A stretch of DNA of 64,000 bases from assembly GCA_032718475.1 (NCBI GenBank), contig JAUCBJ010000788.1:143188-207187 (forward strand), in the 5' to 3' direction. The DNA comes from Nemertoderma westbladi (lineage: Eukaryota > Animalia > Xenacoelomorpha). Both the position numbers and the translations under genes were made by a program. Positions 8,974 to 18,480 of the stretch are shown in pieces. Position 1 is the stretch's first letter. The number at the start of each line of letters is the position of its first letter. Below the pieces are notes generated by a model. It was not told the origin of the DNA and did no database searches. It saw only the letters and a list, made by a program, of their open reading frames with translations.

Positions 8974-11475
8974 TTACTTGTGGTGTATCGGTGGAGATTT
9001 TAAATGGGTTGGTTTCTCTCCGTTGGGTTGTCCGGGTTCCTTTAAAAACGTGGTTTGTTTCTCCTCTTCACTTGGCTTCGATCCGAAAGGGGAGGGTGTA
9101 GTGAAATCGAAGTTTGTGGGGATGTGGAGGAGCGTGTGATGACGTAGGTCATTACAGACCGCACAGCACGATCTTTGGTCACAATCCCGAACATAGTGAC
9201 CTGTTCCAAGACACCGGAAGCATCCTCGGTGTTTCATTATCGCCTCGAAGCGTGGGACGAGTTCGGCGAACTGGAACTTCCTGCAGAATTCCACTTTATG
9301 TTTCTCTCCACAGAAGAGACAGAGGAGGGAGTTTGTGATGCCTTCCCTCTCGCGTGCCCAATTCGCAAGGTAACACGCCCATTCCTCGGCTGATGTCGGT
9401 TCCTCGTAGTCTTCGTCGTCGGAATCCTCGGCCATGGTGGTGGCCATCGTAATCACCGGAGGAGGGCAAAATCTCGGTTTCTGAGTGGGTGTCTTACTCC
9501 TGGAGTTGTTCTCTATTCCGTCCAACTTGGCGAGACTCTGTTTCGAGAACATCGAGTCATTCATGGCTTCAGAGATATCGTCCAGGAATGCTGACATTTC
9601 GAGGAAGCTGGGATCTCGATCTGGGTGTCTGCGCCAGAGATCTACGCATTTATACGCCCACTTACTTTGTAACCATCCGGGGAATTTCCGGGCGATCTGT
9701 CGGAGGTTTAGAATGTTGTTCACTTGTTCCTCCTTATTTAATGGTTTCAGAGTGTAGTAGGCATCCTTCATCGAGTCCGAGAAATCTTGGATATTCTGTG
9801 GGTCCCCTAGGGATCCCGCATCCTGGATCAGTTTCTCGAGGGTTTTATTAATTATAGTCCCGATATTTCCGTATCTTTTATCTAGAGTCTTCCATGCGTC
9901 ATAGTATGCTTCATGAGCTCCTCCTTCAAAGCATGCGATAATTCGGCGTGGTTTGTCACCCAGGTATTGTGATAAATATACCAGTTTCTGTGCGTCGGCT
10001 ATGTCCGTTGATCCAATCTGCGCAAAGAACCGTTTCTTGAATCTGAGGTAATCGACGGGATCTCCTTCGAAGGTGCGGATCTCCATCTTGGGCATGGAGA
10101 GGCGGTTTTCCAATGCCCGGATAATGCCGACGTCGTCAGAACTGGAATGACTAGGGGGGTTATAATTATCGGCACTCTCTCCCATACACGATGGATCGAT
10201 GATAGGTGGAGTTTTAATGATGACGCGGCTACGGCTTTGTGGTGTGGACGTAAACAGGTTGTTGGATCGGGGAGTGGCGATCCGTTCCGAGTCCTTTTCA
10301 GGCTCGTACTTGGGGACGCTCGGGACCGTAGAAGTGGCTGGGATATAAGGTTCCTCATTCTTTAGCGTAGCCGGTGGGAGATGGAACACCAGTGCTTGTG
10401 CCGATAACGTAGACTGTATGGTAGGCGGGAACTCGGGTTTCGGGGGTTTCACCGCCGGTGTCGTTAATGACTTTTCTAATTCCGGTACCGGTATTGGTTC
10501 ATAATTCTGATCTATATCCCTTTCCCAGTCCTCGTAGAGTTGAATATCTCGTTCTATAAGTGCGGCTTCGTACTCCGCGAGTTTCGCGATATCCGCATTC
10601 TTTTTGTGTATAAAAATCGCTTGGGCCTCGGCGTGTTGTTTACGCATTTCAGCTTCCCATTTACGTTGTTCGATCTCTTGTTGGGCCTCTCGTTCACGTT
10701 GTTTAGCTTCCTGATCACGTTGCTCGGCCTGTCGTTTGGCCTCTCGTTCATGTTGTTCAGCTTCCTGTTCACGTTGTTTAGCTTCCTGTTCACGTTGCTC
10801 GGCCTGTCGTTTGGCCGCTTGCTCGGCCTCTTGTTTTTGCATTTCGGTGGCCATTACATCTTGCTCGGTTCGCAGTTGAACATACTCATCTTCCATCCGA
10901 GCTTTGAGGGCTAATGCCTTCTGTTCTCGTAGCTGATCTCGGAGTGGCGGCCCCCCTTGAGAACTGCGCGCTGAGCAGGATATCTCGCTCCTAGCGCTGG
11001 AGCGCTGGTGTCTTGAGGACCCCGTTTTCTTTCGATGAATTGTGGTCCTGGTGTTGGAGGTTCGCACCGATTCTGCGTCTGTTCTTTCAGTTCTCTTGTA
11101 GTACTGTTCTTCGTAGCCTCTCACGAGGCTAAGGGTCCTCCGGTGTTGTTTGCGGAATTCGTCTAGGCGTGCAACGTGTTCTTCCAATTTGGGATAATTT
11201 ACCTGGTCAGTGGCGGGGATGAGTTCTTGGTACGCCTGTATCATTCTCTCATATCTTTGTAAGATACTTTGAATACTCTGAAGCTGAGTTTGTATCTCGT
11301 TGAGGGGGGTTTCGACTCCCTTGAGTTGTTTCTCTATACGTTGATACGCTCGTGTGACTCCGCCTTTGAGAGCACCTAGTCGACGAGCCATGTTCTTGAT
11401 GTTCTGTACCTCGTCGGTTTCCGAGTCTGTGTGGTGATCCATCTCATCGGTATCGGATACGTTATTTGTCGTCAT
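8974..11475 (-). CDS. gag: BEL/Pao Gag (coiled coil, DUF1759-like core, three Cys-His motifs)
   Basis: TFEGDPVDYLRF..KLVYLSQYL..AWKTLDKRYG; CLFCGEKHKVEFC, CFRCLGTGHYVRDC, CAVCNDLRHHTLLH. Confidence 0.95.
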   Translation of the reverse strand: MTTNNVSDTDEMDHHTDSETDEVQNIKNMARRLGALKGGVTRAYQRIEKQLKGVETPLNEIQTQLQSIQSILQRYERMIQAYQELIPATDQVNYPKLEEHVARLDEFRKQHRRTLSLVRGYEEQYYKRTERTDAESVRTSNTRTTIHRKKTGSSRHQRSSARSEISCSARSSQGGPPLRDQLREQKALALKARMEDEYVQLRTEQDVMATEMQKQEAEQAAKRQAEQREQEAKQREQEAEQHEREAKRQAEQRDQEAKQREREAQQEIEQRKWEAEMRKQHAEAQAIFIHKKNADIAKLAEYEAALIERDIQLYEDWERDIDQNYEPIPVPELEKSLTTPAVKPPKPEFPPTIQSTLSAQALVFHLPPATLKNEEPYIPATSTVPSVPKYEPEKDSERIATPRSNNLFTSTPQSRSRVIIKTPPIIDPSCMGESADNYNPPSHSSSDDVGIIRALENRLSMPKMEIRTFEGDPVDYLRFKKRFFAQIGSTDIADAQKLVYLSQYLGDKPRRIIACFEGGAHEAYYDAWKTLDKRYGNIGTIINKTLEKLIQDAGSLGDPQNIQDFSDSMKDAYYTLKPLNKEEQVNNILNLRQIARKFPGWLQSKWAYKCVDLWRRHPDRDPSFLEMSAFLDDISEAMNDSMFSKQSLAKLDGIENNSRSKTPTQKPRFCPPPVITMATTMAEDSDDEDYEEPTSAEEWACYLANWAREREGITNSLLCLFCGEKHKVEFCRKFQFAELVPRFEAIMKHRGCFRCLGTGHYVRDCDQRSCCAVCNDLRHHTLLHIPTNFDFTTPSPFGSKPSEEEKQTTFLKEPGQPNGEKPTHLKSPPIHHK

Positions 11476-11663
11476 TGTAGCACCTCGTCGATAGCTAGAT
11501 ATGCGATGTCGTAAAACAGTTCCTCGTAGGTATTGTACTCAGCTTGGACCACCCGAACGGTAATCCTGAATCGTCCGACGTTCGTTCCTTGTACTTCAAC
11601 CTCGACGTGCCAGATTCCTGGCTCAACTTGGATTATATCAATGGGTGTGATCGATACTTCCAT
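11472..11663 (-). CDS. Small ORF (63 aa) upstream of gag, its stop overlapping the gag start (ATGA)
   Basis: ATG-initiated with protein-like composition; its TGA overlaps the gag ATG. No recognisable motif. Confidence 0.4.
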   Translation of the reverse strand: MEVSITPIDIIQVEPGIWHVEVEVQGTNVGRFRITVRVVQAEYNTYEELFYDIAYLAIDEVLQ

Positions 11664-12266
11664 TCCCTGTTAACAACTCTCCAAATATGTGATCTGTCGA
11701 CTACGAGTTGGTTAGATTGAGTTTGTTGATTAATTAAACCACGACTTAGTCTTAACTCAAATACCAGAGTTTCCTCGTAGTGGGTGCTGGCAAGCATGTA
11801 GAGAGTTTTGAAGAGTATTGTAGGATTCTCAACTTCCACCATTTGCAGTTGGCCGCGTTTTATTCTCAATTTTGACACCCTGTCAAAATTGACCGTATTA
11901 ATTCTCAATTTTGACACCCTATCAAAATTGACCGTTTAATTCTCAATTTTGTTGCCGTTATCCCGACACCAGGGGGGAAAAACGCCGATGCTGGAGGCGG
12001 GGCTTTACAGACCACGGAGTCCCGGCCAGTCACCGGATATTGATTGTGGAGAAGGAGGAATTTCTTAGATGCAGGATTGCGGTTAAGGAAAAGTTGCATT
12101 GGTTGGATATACTCTTTAATGTAACTTCCTATAGTTGAACCCTGTTCAACATCATTGAACCCTGATTGAGAATTAATTGGGCTTCCCCAAATCAATATAC
12201 ACCAAATATTCACAATAATTATACACGACAATATAAATCCCTACAGTATATTATTTAATTACCCAC

Positions 12267-13635
12267 TGTTCGCTCAGATTTTAGCCTAACTAATGTTCCC
12301 CAGATTTTCCCTCGGTCCAAGTCTTGATGCCGTAGTGTCGGATGTCGGTCGACCCTGTCGCGTGTCCGTTCCACCCCTCCCGAACCCCGAAGGGATCGAT
12401 CATCGAGAACCAGCACGGCTTGGCTAAGGGTCGGTCCAGTCGGTAGACTCTGTCGCGTATCCGTACCACCCCTCTCGAACCCCGAAGGGATCGGTCATCG
12501 AGAACCAGTACGGCTTGGCTAAGAGTCTGTCGTGTCGGTGGACCCATTCGCGTGTCCGTCCCACCCCTCCCGAACCCTGAAGGGTTCGATCATCGAGAAC
12601 CCGGCTTGGCTAGGGGTCCGTCGGTTCATCGCAGAGACCCAACCACCTAGGCTTTCCGAGTCCTTATTCAGGCTCGTAGTCGCTTCGGCAGCCGAGAAAC
12701 TGCTCCGAACTGTCGGTAGGCCAGTAGAGTCCAGTCCTTTGTCTTTCAACCCTGTCGCGTGTCCGTCCCACCCCTCACGAACCCTGAAGGGAACGATCAT
12801 CGAGAACCAGTACGGCTTGGCTAAGGGGTCTGTCGTCGGTTCCCGTCGCAAATCCCTAGTACAAGCAGCCGGCGTTACGATGTCCTTTTCAGGCTCGTAA
12901 TAACTGCTGTTGACCAGAGACCGCTAAGGGCAGTCCTCGTCAAACCCTTCCGCCCTTTCGCGTGTCCGTCCCACCCCTCGCAAACCCCGAAGGGATCGGT
13001 CATCGAGAACCAGTACGGCTTGGCTAAGGGGTCTGTCGTCGGTTCCCGTCGCAAATCCCTAGTACAAGCAGCCGGCGTTACGATGTCCTTTTCAGGCTCG
13101 TAATAACTGCTGTTGACCAGAGACCGCTAAGGGCAGTCCTCGTCAAACCCTTCCGCCCTTTCGCGTGTCCGTCCCACCCCTCGCAAACCCCGAAGGGATC
13201 GGTCATCGAGAACCAGTACGGCTTGGCTAAGGGGGCTGTCGTTTCCCGTCGCAAATCCCTGACACAAGCAGCTGGCGTTTTCAGGCTCGTAATAACTGCT
13301 GTTTGCCAGGGACCGCTAAGGGCAGTCCTTGTCCTTTAGGCCTGGCGCGTTACCAAATCTACCTCTACAGGCAGCAGGAAGTTGGCCAGGGCCTAATAGT
13401 ACTCAGGCTAACCTGAATACTGCTTAATTTTGTCTCCCACCCCTGGCCCTTATAAACATGAAATTATTCCCGTACCCTGTAAGTCGCCCCAATATTCGCC
13501 CATAAATCGCCCCCAGTTCATAGAGTGTGCCCAAAACCCATGGTCCCGCACCCAGTAGTGATATCGGAATAATCATTTTAAATAAATACAAAAAATATTC
13601 AACTCGTGTTATGAAAAGTTGAAATACCGCGAACA
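12267..13635 (-). repeat. 5' LTR with six copies of a ~70-nt hairpin core; inner boundary uncertain
   Basis: Matches 1-882. Minus-strand start is TGTTCGC and a matching inverted terminus GCGAACA ends at 12267. TATAA-like box near 13451-13456. Confidence 0.85.
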
Positions 13636-15001
13636 ATCTTCGCAACCTTAACCTTGCAGATGACTTTCGCAGTTCGCATAAAGAGATTGGTGTTCTCATT
13701 GGGGCAGATTTGTACAACAATCTTGTTGATGCTGGAAATGTCCGCAAGGGGCATCTATAAGTGATCAGCCTGTTGCTACAAACTCTGTCTTTGGTTGGTT
13801 GTTAACAGGACCAATAGAAGAATCCGAAAATATGTCGACAGAAAATACACCTTAGTTGCTAGCAATGATACCTGTGATTGTGCAAGAGAATTAACAAAGA
13901 TTCTCAAGACATTTTGGGAATTGGAATTAGCTGGAGTTTCAACTCCTGATCATGTTCATAGCAATTTTTGTAAGGAAATCATGTTTGAAAATGGGCGATA
14001 CTCAATAAACTTGCCATGGAAAGACAATGTAGCGCCACTTCAAAATCATTACTCACTTTCACTTGGACGTTTCCAATCATTGGTTAAACGTTTCTTACGC
14101 AACCCCACACGTTATCATCGTTACAGTGAGGTTCTGAGTGACTACTGTTAACGCGGTTTTTTTGAAGAAGTTAATGACCCAAGTGAATCATGTGGCATCA
14201 CTCATTATATCTCTCATCATTGTGTTATAAGGGAAGATCACAACACAACAAAGCTGCGAATAGTATTTGATGGTTGTGCCAGAGACTCAAAACAAGATTT
14301 ATCACTCAATGTCACATTGTATACTGGCCCTTCTCTGGTATCAAATATTGTTTCGATTATGATTCGCTTTCGCTTGTATCAGTATGTACTGTTGGCAGAT
14401 ATTGAAAAAGCATTTCTTATGGTTTCAGTAAACTCTGAACATCGTGATGCTTTAAGGTTTTTATGGATGCAGAATCCTTTAGATCAAGCCAATGATACTG
14501 TCAAGGTTTATCGGTGGTGCAGAGTTCCATTTGGATTAAACCCATCCCCTTTCTTATTACATGGTACTGTTAGTCATCATTTATCTGAGGAAAACAAATC
14601 ACCACATGTCAATGATGCTCCTAGTACTGCAATCAATGTACTAGGCAATGATTTGTATGTTCACAACTTGCAAACAGGGGCAGACACAGTCAACAAAATA
14701 TTATCATTGTATTATTATACAAAGACTATGCTCTTGAGAGGTGGATTTAATCTTAGGTCCTGGGAATCAAATTCTCTCCCAGCAAAACACATTATACATG
14801 AGTGTGAACAATCGATTGATAGCGTCCACAAGCCACCTCAAGTCCCAATAAATTCACTTTCCTCCCATTCGTTTACACTCAATCAAATGAACACTGACAA
14901 TAGCTACATAAAGGTATTCGGCATTGAGTGGTCACCAATGCAAGATGATTTCAAATACTCATTTAGATATATCCTTCAGTTAATTGACACACTCCCACCT
15001 A

Positions 15002-16017
15002 CAGTACCGCTTTCAAATAACGTCGTATTGGATCCTAATAGGATCCTATTAGGATCCAAGTCACTGATTCACTACTATTGGAGTTAGGATTTAATTGGAA
15101 ATGAAATTTAGCCCAAATTCCAGACTTGGAGGCACTTAGGATTTGACTTGGATTTCATTAGGAATTTACTTGGAAATCGGCGCTTACTTTGATGGCTGGA
15201 AGGTGGACTGACTCAGACTATGCTTGTGCTGGTCCACTTCTTCTCTATCCTGTCAATCATTAAGTTGTATAGAATGGAGTAGACTCAGCCAAAAGTTTGC
15301 GTAGTGTTCAGTTCTTTACATTGAGGTATGGTTGTCGATGGAAGATTACACTCCTACTGTACCTTGTATTGCCAGCCTCTGACATAAATAATATTTAAAA
15401 TATAAACTCTAATAGATGAAATCCACACATCCGCACATAGTTAACGTCCGTAGGCTGCTGCTGGTGGGCTCTGGAATAATTTAAAATCGTATTGAACTTA
15501 CAAATAAATGTAGGATCACACACTGTATTTATTACTATTGAACATATTTTGAGTAATAAAGAGTAAAACACGATGCTTGTGTAATTATTAATAGAATAAA
15601 TATTAGTTTATTTCATAATTAGACAGGGGCTAAAACTGGGCGACTAAATAAATGTATGTTATCCACGGGAAATTTTCATTCCAATATAACAAGTTCCGTA
15701 TTTAAACATAACACCCACAAAGCACATTACACTCTCCAAGCAGATTCCGCAACATGTCACAATCCGTATCGCTACCACTACGAAAAATAAAGCGGACAAA
15801 GTAAGCGGATAAAGTAGACAAAGCGGCTCTCTTTACTACTTTCAGCTATCCCGGGAGGTTGATTGACAAGACACTTCTAAGCTTTGATATTTAGCCGCTC
15901 TAGGTAGACTTACATTAGGCAAATTCCAAGTGATTTCCTAAAGGCTATTTATTTCCTATTAGGATCCTATTAGGATCCTATTAGGATCCAATAGGACGTT
16001 ATTTGAAAGCGTTACTA
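15002..16017. mobile_element. Non-autonomous TIR element (Tc1/mariner-like MITE), TA target duplication
   Basis: TIRs CAGTACCGCTTTCAAATAACGTC..GGATCCTA and TAGGATCC..GACGTTATTTGAAAGCGTTACTA, flanked by TA. Removing it restores the BEL frame PPTKRSILKITGRIFDP. Confidence 0.88.
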
Positions 16018-16260
16018 TACTAAACGTAGTATACTCAAGATAACTGGCCGCATCTTTGATCCAATGGTTTTTTTTAGCCCCATTGTCACCCAGTTAAAGG
16101 TATTATTTCAAGAACTTATTGAATTCAACTGGGACAGTGTATTGTCACCAGATTTAAACAAAAGGTGGAAATCTTTCATTTAAAACCTGGCATCATTAAA
16201 TGATATTACCATTCCAAGGATTTACTTTCCAGATTCAAATGCATTTGTTTCTCATTTAGT

Positions 16261-18480
16261 ATTATTATTATTATTATTCCTTTGGTACCCATAGTGATTG
16301 CACGAATGGGGAAGTCTCTTTCTCTACACAAGGTAGGGACTTATAATTAAGGAAATTATATGTAAAGGTGTCTACAGTATTTCACCGGTAACCAACAAAA
16401 TTAAACACTATATCATCGCTAAAGTACGCGACGATATTAGTAAATGTCTACATACATAACCGGTAAATAATTAAAATATAAAAAATGCAGCGTCGCCAGA
16501 TTGAAAGTTTGTTTTCCTTTACAGTACGCAGTTGTGATAGTTCCGGTGTGAGCCATTGCACGTCGTTACCACGGTATGTTTGTTTATTACTTACAGTTTT
16601 ATACTTAATTGGTGCGTGTTTGTTTAAAATTGTTTCTAACTGATTTTCAAAGAAATTAATTTTTGTATTCGTATCATTTTCATTATATAAGGGATCCCAA
16701 TTTATTTGTGAAATATCAAATAGAAATTTAGATTCGGAAAAAATTGAAAAGTCCCTATAGGATATTTTTTCGTTAATTTTTAATTTGGAATTAATTTTCA
16801 GGTTCAAAGAGGTAAGCGTGTACTCATGGTCTGAGAAATCACAGAAGAAGACCAGACTTTCAATGATGTGTGCGCTGGGGATATTTGACAGTACTAAATC
16901 TATTAATGTTTCAGATGATTTTGTGTAACGAGTAGGTATAGTGTTGTTTAATGATTTTATGTCGTATGTATTTAGTATTTCGTGGATATCGCGTGTAGTT
17001 TTATTTTTTGTGTCTAATAAGTTAATGTTGAAATCACCTTGTAAGATAATACTATGATTTGGTTCGAGCAATAGTGCGTTTTCTATTTCGCTACTTATTT
17101 CATCTAAGTATTTGATTTTTGCACGTGGAGGTCTATATACTGTAGAGATTAGTAAGTTATCTACTTCTACCCAGATAGACTCGATGCTGCTGTTCTTTTC
17201 TTTTATATCAGTACGTAGTTTACTGTTCATTGTATCGGGGACATATATCATTACACCTCCACCACGACGCTTTTTTCTGTCAAGTCTGTATGTTTTAAAT
17301 CCAGCAATATGTAAAGCTGAGTCTGGTATGTTTCTCTTAAGCCAGGTTTCACTAACTGATGCAATAACATTCCTCGACCCCAGCAAGACCTCTTTAAACT
17401 CATCTATATTCTTAAAGAGACTGCGAGCGTTTATATGGATACATTTTAGGTGATCCGGATGGTCTTTTATATAGTTTTTTATATCTGTAATAGAGTTAGG
17501 TAATTTAGATTTGCTATCTGGAAAATAAAAATTTGGTAAATTATTAATATTTATTTTAGTCTTATGTTTATTTTTTTGGTAGTTTCGTTTCGGTCCTGGG
17601 TTGGGGTGTACGGTACCTGAGATTATGAGTAACATATGCACAGTGAGAGCGATTATGTTGAGTATGTCAAGGACGGAGGAACGATAAATGTTAAAGGCTT
17701 GAATAGTTGCATAAAATATTAGAGTCATCTTATTTCTAAGTTGTTTGCTTTTTGTTGATATATGCCATTTTGTACTTTGTTTTACATAAATTAAATTTCC
17801 ATTAGTAATTAAATAGATGAATAGTGTTTGTAAAATGGGGTATTGTGGAAAACGAGGTTTACGGTTAAAGCCTGGAAGTTTGTAGAGTGAAAGTGATGAT
17901 ATAGTAGTCAGTATAACTAATGTAGGATTAATAGTAAAGAGAGTTATCAGGGTGGTACTCAATACACCTGAGTATAAATTCAATGAGATAGGAAATAACA
18001 CAAGACACACTAACAGTACAATACTCACGATGCGGGAGATAAGGCGCCATTTAGTTTTCTTAATTAATTTATGTTTGGCGAAGTTTGACCTTACACGCCA
18101 CCAGTGTATGGAATGAGTTTGCTGGTATATATAATCGATTACGATAATTACCGGTAAATAAAGTAAACTCACGAAAAATATGATCCCGTGTAATATAAGG
18201 GATATAATAAAGTAGTTGCAATATATTATTAGTAAAAACAATAATCTCTTAAATATTGAGGTTTGGGACATAATATATCCAATTGGCAGAAGCCAGACTG
18301 TCGGACAGATAAAAATTATACCGTTTATATCGACCTGGTTAGGCAAATATGTGAATAATGAATTAACGGTAAAAGTTAGCATACTGGTTCTAATATTAGT
18401 ATTAAGGACATCACTAAGATTCATCAATAATATTAGCCATACTGTGAAATTCAATCTGGGTAGTGCAAAAAACTTATAAA
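16261..18480 (-). mobile_element. CR1/L2-group LINE with hydrophobic leader, 2A-like motif and APE endonuclease; RT absent; (TAA)n tail
   Basis: HINARSL, SVSETWL, RRGGGV, YRPP, GDFN, LIDL and FSDH endonuclease motifs; LLIISGTVHPNPGP; (ATT)6 at 16261; AGTA on both flanks; the BEL frame resumes at 18481. Confidence 0.88.

Larger units (their letters stand above)
1..13635 (-). mobile_element. BEL/Pao LTR retrotransposon, near full length (3' LTR runs off the window), with an accessory ORF after pol
   Basis: Two near-identical LTR copies (1-882 matches about 12580-13635). Gag has BEL-type triple Cys-His motifs, pol order is PR-RT-RH-IN, and a PPT abuts the 3' LTR. The element interrupts another BEL pol at 13636. 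Confidence 0.95.

Noticed and set aside
5268-10914. Plus-strand ORFs antisense to gag/pol, e.g. 6789-7523
   Set aside because: Shadow frames of a long coding region with no motifs.
12355-13235. LTR repeat-spacer layout as a CRISPR array
   Set aside because: Eukaryotic LTR context, ~70-nt repeats, spacers of very unequal length that are related to one another, and no cas genes.
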